Below are positions 31,588-56,425 of a DNA stretch of 64,000 nucleotides, in pieces (positions within the stretch are counted from its first letter, which is position 1; each line of letters opens with the position of its first letter). The notes under the pieces are model-generated. The model was not told the origin of the DNA. It was given only the letters and a program-made list of their open reading frames with translations, and made no database searches. The DNA is taken from NCBI RefSeq assembly GCF_009914755.1, contig NC_060928.1; one strand, given 5' to 3'. The DNA is from the human T2T-CHM13v2.0 reference genome, Homo sapiens. The translations under genes were made by a program, and so were the position numbers.

Positions 31588-32624
31588 TCAACAGAAAGAT
31601 CTGTCCAAAGCTTTCAGGTCTCTGCAAAATGAATAATAAGCTACCTTTACTCTAAACATGATCAGAAGGCAAATCTCAAACTGAGGTCTGACCTTTTAAA
31701 AGAACTATATTAAGTGAGTTAACTCAATAGCTAAAATTGTCTGTGAATACCATAAATTAATTGGAATATTCACAAAGATGGTTGTGCTATGAATAAGAAA
31801 TCTTTTTCTTCAATGAAACGAGCTGGAGAAAACTGCCGGTTGTAATGTTAATTTCAGAAAAAATTAAGATGAAAAATACTAAGAGTCATTGTATAATGAT
31901 AAAATCAGTGAGTAGCAGAAAACCAGAGTGAATGCATAAACCACAAAAACAAAATTGGATACACAAAACAAGAACCATTAAAAATGTATTCAGAAACTAT
32001 CACAAATGTAATAGTAGTAGGAGATTTTCATCCCCATCAAGCAGACACAAATGAAAACAAATGAATTTTAAAAACATAAATTTGGTAAAAATTCATGGTG
32101 TTGCAGTGTTTGCTTAAAAAAGCAAATGGAGAGATTTTTTTCACGTGTTCACTTCTAAAATCTTTTAAAATGTATTTAAAGAGGTAAACATCTTTATGCT
32201 ACTTTACTGAGATATAGCAAACCTGGCATCTGCCCTGCCACAATAGCCCCTGCAACTGAGCTGGCCATATTTCTGCATCCCCATCTTCTCACCTTCCCAT
32301 ATGAGGGTACTTACCCCAAGGACAGTTAATCCATGGCCATGAACCTATATCCTGGTTAGAAAAGATAATCTGTGCCAAATAAGACGTCTTGGGAGTCTGA
32401 ACTGAAAATAGGGAACAACTTGAGCAGTTTATAGTAGGACAGAAAGAAATGACATGGAATTCGGTTGAGCCATATTAATAGCAGAGAACCAGAGAGAAGA
32501 TCCTGCTATGAGCTCTTAAGCTGTCATGAATCCAGAGCTCCTTTCCAGCTCTGGTCTTCAGGGTTGTCCTATGGCAGCTCCAGGTGTCCCTGTTATCCTG
32601 TTCTTATTATTCCATAGACATCTA

Positions 32625-34122
<1,498 letters not shown>

Positions 34123-34205
34123 TGAATTCTGCCTCCACAGACCTAGCACCCTACAAACAATTGGCACAGAAAACAAAAGGCAGAGTGAAGATTTCTGAGG
34201 TAGAT

Positions 34206-34620
34206 GTTGTGGTGTACCATCCAGAACCCCCTTTAGAACTGAAGCATTCATTCCCTTAGCAGCTAGGAGTGTTGGCTGCTGACAGTTCACAGCTAAGTCT
34301 TATTCCAAGAACTGCCAACAGAGCCACCTCACCCAAGGTAATGCCCCCTCCTAGGAGGTGGCCTGCATCCAATGATGCAGACCCCTAAGAACGCATCCTT
34401 CTTAGCTCAGTACAGAAAGTCTCTGAGGGCCACCTCAGCTCCAGAGAAACTTGTGAGATAGGCTGTGGCCTCTGTTGCAAACGCATCACAGTTCAACTCT
34501 CCCTCTAACCAATCCTACTACCCACCCAAGAGCTGCTGATCCTGAGACCACTCTAAAATAAATTTCCTGCACACAAATCTCTGTCTTAGAGTCTGTTTCC
34601 CAGGAAACTTGACTTGCAGT
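34206..34620. mobile_element. Old ERVL LTR (LTR16-like) just upstream of the PRSS48 promoter
   Basis: TGTGGTGTACCATCCAGAACCCCC start and AATAAATTTCCTGCACACAAATCTCTGTCTTAGAGTCTGTTTCCCAGG end resemble the LTR16 family. Confidence 0.6.
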
Positions 34621-34799
34621 GCAGCTAACACTGTAACAGAAATGAAAACAAACAAACAAAAAAACTCAGAAAAATTAACCAGATACTGGGTTCATTTCCT
34701 CTTTTCCATTTCTTGCTTTTGGAGAATCCTGTCCACCTTCTATCTCCTTGCTAGAGACAGGGTCCTGTTTCTTCCAGTGCCCTCAACCAGCCACTCCTC

Positions 34800-35067
34800 A
34801 ACACCACAGGCAGAAACCCCAGAAACCCTGCTCTCCCAGGACAGCAGGGGGCGCCACAGACCCCAGTTCCTCCCCTGGGTCCTGCAGCTGCACTTCTGAA
34901 GTCTGGTCCCTTCAGGATCTGGCAGCGGGTGAAGACCAAAGGAGAGGAGGGGGTGAAGCAGAGGAATCCATCTAGGAGAAGCTAGTTCTGGCAGCTCCCC
35001 ATTGGCCTCTTCCTGGGAGCCTGAGTCCAGGAAGCAGGAAGCGCTCACTGGCTCTGAGGACAGAGAC
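34800..35067 (+). promoter_or_regulatory. PRSS48 proximal promoter / 5'UTR region
   Basis: GC-richer unique sequence directly upstream of the ATG, strongly conserved with the paralogue's upstream region (about 16490-16764). Confidence 0.6.
34838..34856 (+). promoter_or_regulatory. CTCF/CTCFL-like core motif AGGACAGCAGGGGGCGCCA
   Basis: Close match to the CTCF consensus TGGCCACCAGGGGGCGCTA; binding itself cannot be shown from sequence. Confidence 0.6.
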
Positions 35068-35119
35068 ATGGGCCCTGCTGGCTGTGCCTTCACGCTGCTC
35101 CTTCTGCTGGGGATCTCAG
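35068..35119 (+). CDS. PRSS48: Serine protease 48, coding exon 1 (signal peptide MGPAGCAFTLLLLLGIS)
   Basis: ATG at 35068 in GACATGG context, hydrophobic signal peptide, phase-1 donor G|GTGAGC at 35119/35120; the N-terminus is recognised as PRSS48. Confidence 0.93.
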
Positions 35120-35653
35120 GTGAGCGCCAGGGTGGGGTTGAGAAGGCAGAGGCAGAGGATTTTTACTAAAGAGGGCATCACATAGAACAATGTGACACTT
35201 CACCCATGGGATGTTAGTTATGAGTAGCACAGCCTGAGAAGGTCCTGAGAGGCTACTATATACCCAGCACCATTCCAATGCTCCCGATTGGAAATAGCAG
35301 TACACACACACACCCACAAGATCCCTATCTTCGTGGGACTTATAATCAATGCACATATTAAATGTGTAAATTATAAGGCTTGTTAGAAGGTAATAAGTAC
35401 TATGAAAGGAAAGGGGCATCTGAAGTACAGGGGCAGGAGTGTTGCAATCTTTAGAAGGGTAGTTAAAGAAGGCCTCACTAAGAAGGAGTCATTTGAGCAG
35501 AACTGAAGGGGATAAGTAAATTAGCTAAGAGGATCCAGGAAAAGAGCATCTCAAGCAGAGGGAACTGGAAGAGCAAACACTATTCTATGATTTCAGGTAT
35601 ATGCTTGTTCATTTATTTTTCTGGTCCACAGGGATTTAAAGGAAGGGTATACT

Positions 35654-37240
<1,587 letters not shown>

Positions 37241-37688
37241 TTTAAAAAAAAAATTTTAAGTTAAATGATATTCCATGTGTGCTGCTAAAGAAGGCAGGTA
37301 AGTATGTTTGTGAAGATTCCCACTAATAGGTAGAAGGCATTTGAAAATTTTGGCCTTTAACACCAATCTGGAAAATTTAAATATAAAGGAAGGTTCTCTG
37401 TTCAGTGAATCTAGATATTAGATGTGTTACTATGTGTTAATGATACCCTATTTCTTCCTTAGGTTCTTGCTTACACTCTTTTCCCAAAAAGAAAGAGCTA
37501 CAATCAGGGGAGTGGTCTCCATTTTGAGCCCAAGACTGCTGGGTGTGGAACCAGAATAGGATGGAGTATGGTGTCTAGGGAGGGTTCAGGTCCTAGGAAT
37601 AGATGGGAGTTTGGGAATGATGATAAGGTGGGGACCAGAGAAACAGGACTCCTAGGTTTCCACATTTCCCTTTCTTCTCTTTCTCTAG

Positions 37689-37856
37689 TGTGTGGGCAAC
37701 CTGTATACTCCAGCCGCGTTGTAGGTGGCCAGGATGCTGCTGCAGGGCGCTGGCCTTGGCAGGTCAGGTCAGCCTACACTTTGACCACAACTTTATCTGT
37801 GGAGGTTCCCTCGTCAGTGAGAGGTTGATACTGACAGCAGCACACTGCATACAACC
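37689..37856 (+). CDS. PRSS48: PRSS48 exon 2 (activation site R-VVGG, catalytic His in TAAHC); frameshifted in this haplotype
   Basis: Acceptor ctctAG at 37687-37688. It reads VCGQPVYSSRVVGGQDAAAGRWPWQV, then CAGGT is duplicated (37760-37769). Removing 5 nt restores SLHFDHNFICGGSLVSERLILTAAHCIQP. Donor CC|GTGAGT at 37856/37857. Confidence 0.93.
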
Positions 37857-38149
37857 GTGAGTTCTAGCTGGCAGCTAACACACAGACAGGTTCTCAGTGA
37901 ATATTTGCATCACTTCATGAATGAACCAAAAGACAAATGAAAGTGGTAAGATAGGCAGGGCGGAAGGAAACCCAGGTCATGTCAGACTATCAAACCCGAA
38001 ACAACTAGAGACAGGGCATAGAAGTAGAAAAAGGAAAGTTGGAGACAGGCACTATATTAAAGACTTTTCTTATTTTTTGCCAAATCACCTTCTAAATACC
38101 AGTCAGGAGATTTTTGTCGTAAGTGTTTTTGGGTCATAAACACAATCTG

Positions 38150-39680
38150 AGCTCTAAGAGCCACTGCTGTGAGAGAAGCAACTTGTCATGTGGTGAGTGT
38201 CCCTATGGAGAGGCCCATGTGGAACCCGCATCTCTAGTCAACAGCGAGAAGACCCAAAGCCTACCAACGTGAGTTTGGACACAGATCCTCCCCAGTAAGA
38301 TGACTGCAGCTCACCTTGATTGCAGCTGCAGCTCACCTTGATTGCAGCCACATGAGAAACCTTGAGTCAATGGTACTCAACTAAGTCACACCTGATTCCT
38401 GACCCATAAAAACTATGAGATAAATATTTGTTGTTTTAAGCCACTAAGCTTTATAACTTATTATGCAACAATTGATAACTAATACACAACAGAAATTAAA
38501 ATTCCAGGACTCTTCAATAACAACACTGAAAGTTCAATGAAAATAAGCCAGGTGTGGCAGCTTGCACCTGTAATCCCAGCTACTCATGAGGCTGAGGTAG
38601 AAGGATCACTTGAGCCTAGGAGTTCAAGGCTGCAGTGACCTATGATTGTACCACACATTCCAGCCTGGGCGACAGAGTGAGACCCTGTCTCTAAAAAAAA
38701 AATTAAGTTTAAAAAAAAACTCAAAGAAAATAGAGTAATAACTTCAAAATGCTAAAAAAAATTTATTTCCAACTTAGAATTCTACCCATATGCAAACTAT
38801 CAATCAAATGTGGGATAGAAGTAAAACATTTTCACATACACAAAGCAGCAAAAATGTTACCTCTCATGCACATTTTCTCAAGAAGCCATAGGAGAATCTG
38901 CTCCACCAAAATAAAGGGGGAAAAACAGGAAAACACAGGATCTAGACAAAAGGGGAATAAAACACAGAAGAGAATCCCTAAGAAAGTCATAAAGGATAAA
39001 GAAAGTGCCAAGATGATGGCTGTGCAGCAGCCCAGATTAGAACAAGAGAGCAGAGGGCTCCAAAAAAAAGATAGTATTGATAGAATGCCTGACAAGTTTG
39101 AACAAAATGAGAGGAGATTTACACTTCTGGTGGAGAGCCTGGGGAATGAGACTGGTGATGGGTATAAAGATAAAAACAAAAAACCAAAGTGAGCCCACTT
39201 ATCAACTCCAGGAGAAGCAAAACGTTTTATAAGAAATGTAATCACCCAATAGGACCCAGTAGTGAACAATGTTTACATAGTCACAAGAACAAACGCATTA
39301 AATACTGATCTAACGAAAAGTTATGATAACACTGGCTAGGAGGATGGGTGGAATGGAAGTGGGAGGTGGGGGGTAGACAGCGATGTGTAAGAAAGCTCAA
39401 TCCTCACCTTCCACACTAGGAACTCAGGATTCTAAAACTGAAAAAGAAAAATCAAGAAACAGCTATATATAGGATTTCTTGAAAACACTTGAAAATTACT
39501 AAGAGCTAAAAGAGTTGAAAGTCATTGCCTCTAAATAGTTTGAACTGAGGGTGGTGGGGCAGAGAACTTGTTATTTATTTATTTATTTATTTATTTTGTA
39601 CATCTTATCAAATTACCTGGCATTTTAACTGTGTATATGTGTAACTGTGGTTATATTTTGCTTTAAAATTTTATTCAGAA
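38150..39680. repeat. MLT1-like LTR, Alu monomer and old L1M fragments in PRSS48 intron 2
   Basis: MLT1-like 3' end (TTGTTGTTTTAAGCCACTAAG); L1 ORF1-like peptide FQLRILPICKLSIKC. Confidence 0.6.
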
Positions 39681-40045
39681 ATGAAGGTCTAGTGCTCAGA
39701 ACAGAAATTAGTATGGACAATAAACAGCAATGTCTATTAAGCATACAGGTGATGGCTGAAACCATGGAGAATGGGAGAGGTAAATGAGAGAACCGGAGAG
39801 AAAACACAGGGCAAAACTCAAGCCACAAGCCTCTAGGAAGAGACCACAGAAAGAGTGGTCAGGGAAGGACGGGGAGAAAGAGAGGAAAGAAGGAGACAAA
39901 TCAACCCTAGTTGAAGTTGGAAGCACCATGGTTAATTCCCAGTTGGCTACCCTCCTTTCTTGAGTAGAGACTTAGTGCTACATATAGGCAGCCTGTTCTG
40001 ACCCAGCTGCAGGCCATAAGCAGGCCTCCTTTCTTTTCCCCATAG

Positions 40046-40311
40046 GACCTGGACTACTTTTTCATATACTGTGTGGCTAGGATCGATTACAGTAGGTGAC
40101 TCAAGGAAACGTGTGAAGTACTACGTGTCCAAAATCGTCATCCATCCCAAGTACCAAGATACAACGGCAGACGTCGCCTTGTTGAAACTGTCCTCTCAAG
40201 TCACCTTCACTTCTGCCATCCTGCCTATTTGCTTGCCCAGTGTCACAAAGCAGTTGGCAATTCCACCCTTTTGTTGGGTGACCGGATGGGGAAAAGTTAA
40301 GGAAAGTTCAG
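40046..40311 (+). CDS. PRSS48: PRSS48 exon 3 (catalytic Asp in DVALLKL; PICLP; CWVTGWG)
   Basis: Polypyrimidine tract with catAG acceptor at 40044-40045, trypsin-family motifs, donor G|GTGAGA at 40311/40312; 266 nt, and the phases fit the neighbouring exons. Confidence 0.95.
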
Positions 40312-41014
40312 GTGAGAATGGGCAGAGAGAAGGGTTGTTTCATATGTCATCCTCTTGTACTCCAGAACATTCATATTCTAGGCATATCCTTACCATGGAA
40401 AATATTTTTGAACAAAACCAGATCAATCTAATGATATTATCTATAAGTTTTTAAATAAAATATCTTTTTTGACATTTATATTTTTATGTTATTTACTCTT
40501 GCATCTTGCAGAGTCTAGCTATAGCTGGAAGAGCAGATACTAACAATTTAAACACATAACTACCTCTCTCAAACAGAGGTTAATAAGACTGATTTAAAGT
40601 TTGGAGAGCGTCTAGTGTTTTTTAACTGTTTTTCAAGTTTTATGTCAACTCTTTCCCAGGTTGGAGTAGACACAAGACAAGAACTGATCTAGAAGCAAAA
40701 AACATGGGAAAGGAAGAAGTTTTAGAATCCTTTAGAATAGTCATACCTTTACTCAATCAGAATTTATCGGAAGTACTCATTATTTAGAACAATGGCTCAA
40801 TTAAAAAAAAACCTCAAAGAAGCAGAAATAATTTAGAATTACTGAGTTTTAGATTTAAGTGTACCAAAAGATCCACCCATAAGCAAATATGATTGGAAAG
40901 GCATTGTAAGCTGCTTTTGGATTCCCATTCAGAGACTTCTGCACATCATGACTGAATGCTGCCCCTGCACTTTTCTAGGTTGCTTTAATCTTTTGTTCCT
41001 GTCTTCCTCCACAG

Positions 41015-41184
41015 ATAGAGATTACCATTCTGCCCTTCAGGAAGCAGAAGTACCCATTATTGACCGCCAGGCTTGTGAACAGCTCTACAATCCCATCGGT
41101 ATCTTCTTGCCAGCACTGGAGCCAGTCATCAAGGAAGACAAGATTTGTGCTGGTGATACTCAAAACATGAAGGATAGTTGCAAG
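41015..41184 (+). CDS. PRSS48: PRSS48 exon 4 (LQEAEVPIID...KICAG...DSCK; S1 Asp189 equivalent)
   Basis: Acceptor cacAG at 41013-41014, donor AAG|GTCAGG at 41184/41185; 170 nt, ending in phase 0. Confidence 0.95.
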
Positions 41185-41769
41185 GTCAGGGTTTGCTCTA
41201 GAGAATTTTTTTTTAAACATGAGATCTTAATTTGGATCCAGGTTTTCCTATCTGTAAATAACAGTGGATTGGGAGTCAGGAGATGAGGGTTCTAAGAATA
41301 ACTCTTATGTTACCCTGGACAAATCACTTAACTTCTATCTGTGAAATCAATTTCTTCAACTATAAGACTATTGATCTAGACCAATACTAACGACTGGTCA
41401 TTGGACTTTTTTTTTTTTTTTTTTTAAATTAGAGACAGAGCCTTGCTCTGTCACCCAGGCTTGAGTACAGTGGCATGATCATAGCTTACTACAGCCTCCA
41501 GCTCCTGGGTTCAATCAGTCATCCTCCCACTTCAGCCTCCTGAGTAGCTGGGACTACAAGCTCACACCTCACCAGGCCCACATACTTTTTTCATTTTTTT
41601 GTAGAGATGAGGTCTCACTATGTTGCCCAGGCTGATCCCAAATTCCTGGCCTCAAGCAATCCTTCCTCCTTGGGTTGCTAGACTTTTATAGACCTGTATA
41701 TTTTCATAAGTATATTATGAGGTTGAAGCAGAATTGCCAACTTTTAAATTTTTTCAAGTAAGAACATTT

Positions 41770-48605
<6,836 letters not shown>

Positions 48606-49018
48606 AAGAGAACAAGACTAGAAGACTACTACCAACAACTATCACTATCATTTTAGGTAAGAATGGATTACTTAACACTAAACAAGAGCAGTAAGAACAG
48701 GAAATTAAGGCAGTTCATTCATTTGAATAAATTTATCTTTAGTGAAAAAATCATCTCATTAGTTTTATTTCTCTTTTTATCACAGACAAATATTTTGAAA
48801 TTACTAATATATTTCACTAAGGTCTCTGACAATTTCAATTCTATGATTCTAAAATTCCTGTGATATCTCCCTAAAGCAGTGATTAGTCCAGCCCCCTGCA
48901 GGGTTCCACAGCTCCATGGGTCTCATGGCCCAGTTTTAAAGAATTCTCCACCCCTTATTACTACTCTCTTCTTTATGCCTCTTTTCACTATGCTCATTAC
49001 CTTTCATTTCTTCCTTAG

Positions 49019-49408
49019 GGTGATTCTGGAGGGCCTCTGTCGTGTCACATTGATGGTGTATGGATCCAGACAGGAGTAGTAAGCTGGGGATTAGAATGTG
49101 GTAAATCTCTTCCTGGAGTCTACACCAATGTAATCTACTACCAAAAATGGATTAATGCCACTATTTCAAGAGCCAACAATCTAGACTTCTCTGACTTCTT
49201 GTTCCCTATTGTCCTACTCTCTCTGGCTCTCCTGCGTCCCTCCTGTGCCTTTGGACCTAACACTATACACAGAGTAGGCACTGTAGCTGAAGCTGTTGCT
49301 TGCATACAGGGCTGGGAAGAGAATGCATGGAGATTTAGTCCCAGGGGCAGAGAACTCACAGGAGAGCCACTGCTAACCCTGGGTGACTTTATTTACAATT
49401 TGAAATGA
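49019..49408 (+). CDS. PRSS48: PRSS48 exon 5 (catalytic Ser in GDSGGP; GVVSWG; PGVYT; hydrophobic segment and extended tail)
   Basis: Acceptor ccttAG at 49017-49018; open frame to TGA at 49406-49408. The spliced CDS without the 5-bp duplication is 346 aa. Confidence 0.93.
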   Translation, partial: GDSGGPLSCHIDGVWIQTGVVSWGLECGKSLPGVYTNVIYYQKWINATISRANNLDFSDFLFPIVLLSLALLRPSCAFGPNTIHRVGTVAEAVACIQGWEENAWRFSPRGRELTGEPLLTLGDFIYNLK

Positions 49409-49467
49409 TTTTGTTTTTAAGGTTTTTGATTTTGGAAGTTTTGGGGTTGGAATGTGAAGAGTTAAGA

Positions 49468-49473
49468 AATAAA
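49468..49473 (+). terminator. Candidate PRSS48 polyadenylation signal AATAAA
   Basis: AATAAA 60 nt after the stop codon, followed by a GT/T-rich stretch. Confidence 0.6.
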
Positions 49474-49502
49474 ACTGTCACTTCTGTACATTCTTTGTCC
49501 TT

Positions 49503-49650
49503 GACTAATGCATCTTCCAAGACAGGAAGGATGTCCTCTATGAATAAGCATTTGTAGACACAAATTAAATAGCTATAAGACTAATGTGTCTTCCAAGGCA
49601 GGAAGATGTCCTCTATGAATAAGTATTTGTAGACACAAATTAAATAGCTA
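49503..49650 (+). repeat. Tandem duplication with a unit of about 76 bp
   Basis: GACTAATG..TCTTCCAAG.CAGGAAG...GTAGACACAAATTAAATAGCTA occurs at 49503 and again at 49579. Confidence 0.92.
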
Positions 49651-49924
49651 CTACAGAGGCAGGCAAGTATCTGTGATGACACAGGAAAATATAATAAGGG
49701 TCTACCTCGTGCCCATGGGTTGCATCATGGGATTTTAGTCTATTATTTCTCACCTTCTCTATTATCTTTAACTTCCCTTCTAACCCTCCCTTTACTCCTC
49801 AACTGTAACAAGAGGGCTAATAAAAAATTCATATAAAGCCAATTCCAAGCACACTGCCTACGGATTAGCTAGCCCTGTTCCATAAGGAGCAGTAAAAAAA
49901 GAAGAAAAAAAAAGAGATGCAAAC

Positions 49925-51426
<1,502 letters not shown>

Positions 51427-53656
51427 TTATTAACCCCACCTGGGTTAGTAGCATCTGGATTGCCATTACAGCCTCCTAACTAGCATTTCCACATCCTTTC
51501 TTATGCCTTCCATTTACACCCAACTCCATTTATTCTCCTCCACAGCATTCAGATTAGTGTTTTAAAAATAAAAGTACTGTTTATACTGCTCCTCTTTTCC
51601 CCCTGCTTATAGCACTTCAAAGGCATCCTCCTGCTGCTCACAGAGTAAGGACAAAATCCCTTATTGTGGCCTACAAAGTCCGGCCAATCTGACCCCAGCC
51701 TGTCTCTTCAGCCTCATTTGGCTCACTTTCCAGCCTATTCTCTATGCTTAAACTTCTTCAAACGTTCTAAGCACCCTTTCAGCACCAGACTTCTGCATCT
51801 ACTATTCCCTCTCCCCTGCTGCCCTTGTCTAGTTAATTCTTACTGTGCCTTCAGATCTCAATTTACCCTTCACTTCCTCAAGGAAGCTATCCCCATCTCT
51901 CCTAACCAGGACAGGTCCTCCTAATTCTCATAGCACTATGAAGCCCTCCTTTATAGAACTCAACATAGCTATAATTGAACATTCATTTATGTAGTTGTCT
52001 AATTAACATATGTCTATCTTATCAAACTGTAAGTCCACGTAAGAATTTTTGTTTTTATCCACCACTGTATCCTAGTCTCAATAATTTGTTGAAAAAAATC
52101 AATGAGTAATATTCAGCTTGTCTCCCTAACTGTACTGTGAGAACCTGGATATTGTTTATGGAGGTAGCCCAGAACCTGACACAATGTTTCGCACAAAGTA
52201 GGTTTTCAAATATCAGTTAAATACAAGTTAGTTTGAAATTGGAAGTAACTGTTCCACAGCATAGGATCTGGCAACATTTTTCTCATTAACAAGGAGTTGA
52301 AACTTAAAGGAAGGACCAGGCCATGCAACTGCAAAAAAAGGAATATCAAGAGAATAAGACATGATCTCACTATCTTCATCACTACTGGGTGGATGCACCA
52401 AGGGTAGGCACCTAACACAACAGTTGCCCAGGGGGTGGTGGGGCAGTTAGCCCAGCATGTTACCCAACAGATGCACTCAGTGTTGGACAACACAACAGAC
52501 CCTCCTCTGGAGAAATCCAAATGTCAGTCATACAGTATGTCTACGTGCATTCAACAGTATTAAGTGCCCACCATGTACCAGGTACCATTCCAGGCATGGA
52601 GGACACTACAGTAAATATAACAAATCAAGCTGGGCTTCAAGTAGTTTACATTGCAGTGGAAGACAGACAATAACCAAATGCAAAATAAATTCATATTATA
52701 ATAATGTCATGTACAAGAAAGCCTGATAATAAAATAGGAGAAGCAGATAAGAGTATCAGGATGGGAAATCCCACCTTAGGGTGGTCAGGGAAGGTTCTCT
52801 GAGGAGGTGACATTTGATAGAGGCCTAAACAGAGGAGGGAAGCAAGGACTAAAAAAGGAGAGAAGGTGCGGTCGAGTAAACAGCGAGTACAAAGGTTCTG
52901 AGGTTAGGTGGGTGTGAGGAAGAACAGGCCGGTCAATGTGGCTGGGACACTGTGAGCAAAGGTGGAAAGGTGTATGAACTGAGACCAGAAAGAAAGGGAG
53001 CAGGGGCCAGGTCCTGCAGAAGCTACTAGGCCTCAGTAAGGACTCTGAATTTCATTCTCAGTGACATGAGAAGCCACTGGTGAAGTGAGAGCAAGGGAAT
53101 GATGAAAGAACAGAAGAGTAGAGAATCCCACACCACTGCTCATGGGAATATGCAGAGGCCAGGAGGGGGCCAGGATGGCAAAGAGGGCAGTCAGATGGTA
53201 GCAGAGTCAGAACAAAAAGCAGAGAGAAAGAATCAGACACCAAGGCACTGAAGTAGAGCTGAGTGAAACAAGGACTGCTGTATCCTGAATATCAGTGAGT
53301 TTCCACATGAGGCTATGTGCTGTCTTACCGTCCCCTATTCTTTATCTGCACTGTCCTTAGAGTAAGGCCCTATTTACCAAGTGACTTGAGAAAGGTACAG
53401 CCCAAGTTTCTTACCTTTGACTTCGGAATTCATCACCAAAACAGCTAACTCACTTCCTGTTTGTTTTCTTCTTATTCAGACAAGTGTTCTGATTTCTTCA
53501 TTCCATTTCCACCTCAAGGCTTTATTTCCTCTGTCCTCTACACCTGGAATACCTTTCTTTTGATACCTCAACCCACTTATTTCTGCCCACTGATTAGAAA
53601 AGGAGGCAGTGAATATCTAAAAAACACATTAAAAGAACCCTAGAAAACGGTTTTTA

Positions 53657-54009
<353 letters not shown>

Positions 54010-55621
54010 TTAAAAAAATTAACAGGGAATAGGTAAACTGTATGGTATGCGATTTATAACTCATTGAAGCTATTTTTAAAACATGAACAGGGAGTTTCTC
54101 TCCTGCTTAAAGTATACAAATAATTCCTCATTTGTAATATATTTAGGGCTCTTCACAGATCTAAACGATTTCTGTGATTCTATTTCAAAGAAAAGCTCAA
54201 CCTACCTATGTACATTTTGTTTCAATTGCTAAGACATAAAATGAAAACTTCAACCCCAAACATGAGATACAGCACCTGGTAACACATTACTGGAGGGAAA
54301 AAGATCAATAAACATTTGTGTGGGGGAGGGAGCCACTCGGAGTTGGCAGGCGGCCACCCAGTGTACACTTAAGAGCCTGTCCCCTGCAGAAAATAAATAA
54401 ATAAATAAACACACAATAAACATATGCATTCACAAAACAAACTTATTATTTACTGGTAACTAATTTAATCAGTAACACCACAAATGAGGAGGAAATAATA
54501 GGGACACCTTTACTTTTATGGGGCTCAATACAGCATTTCTGCCTTAAAAATGAATATAAATTTGCAGAATATTTTATTCTGTGGAATATCTGATTTTAAT
54601 ATGCTTCAATTTTCATTTCACACATCTTGAGAAATTTTAATTAAGGTGAGATTTTAACAAATAAAGGTTGCTAAAAATCCTATGAGCAATTTTTTTCCTA
54701 AATGTGGGGAAGATTTGTAAATTTAGTTATTTCCAGATCTTTTTCAATAGACTAGTTCAAATAATGACCCATTTTTTCCCTATATTCCACTAAACTGTAA
54801 TGTTACCCCAAAAATGTGAGGACATTACAGAAAAAGGATTCAGAATAATAAAATGTCAAAGCTATATTTTGATATTATTTCGACAGTGAATGTTTTCTTT
54901 TCAGATGTTTCACTTCATTCTTCCTGCCCAACTGTGTATAGTCTATCCACACACTAGAAATCAGCTCCCTGAGAACTTTTTAAAATATATTGCTTCAGGA
55001 AAAGGAGGAAGGGGAGGAGTCATTCAAAATAATCAGAAATCAGATTCATGTATTCTCGGCTATTAATAATTGAGAAGAAACATTCACTGTCTGAAGAATA
55101 AAAAAGATAGAAATCTTTAATGGAAATTCTATTTGCCTTCCAGGATAATTATCCTCAACCAACCTAAATTCTCTCCACTGTCTACTACTATGTAAGCCTT
55201 CACTTTCCATCTCCATGTAGTTGGATAAAGTAATTGGAATCTAGTCCTGTGGCACTTTGTGTGCCATTCTTATGACACTTAGCCCACATAGCCTTGTGCT
55301 ATAATTATCTCTGAACACCAAGGAGTGAAAAGAATAGGATAGGATGAGGGCCTATGGCTCCAGAATGCTAATGCTACTCTGCTTTTAGTGAAAATTAGTG
55401 AGAAGAAGACAAATCTAGAGACAGTTGGGTAGTAGAAGCAAGATAACATATTGTTTGGATTTGGATGTAATTTAATGAATTGGATGTAGATGGTAGAAGG
55501 AAAAAATAAAGACAAAGAGAAATCAAGAATGACCACAGGTTACTGGCCTGAGAATGTTGTACCATTAAATAAAATGAGGAAGGCTAGAGGAGGAATAGAT
55601 TTGCCAAGCAGAGAAATCAAA

Positions 55622-56425
<804 letters not shown>

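Noticed and set aside
38304-38347. 22-bp tandem duplication CTGCAGCTCACCTTGATTGCAG x2
   Set aside because: Ordinary slippage within an LTR relic.
38749-39269. Opposing ORFs of about 146 aa
   Set aside because: A-rich old L1 remnant within intron 2.
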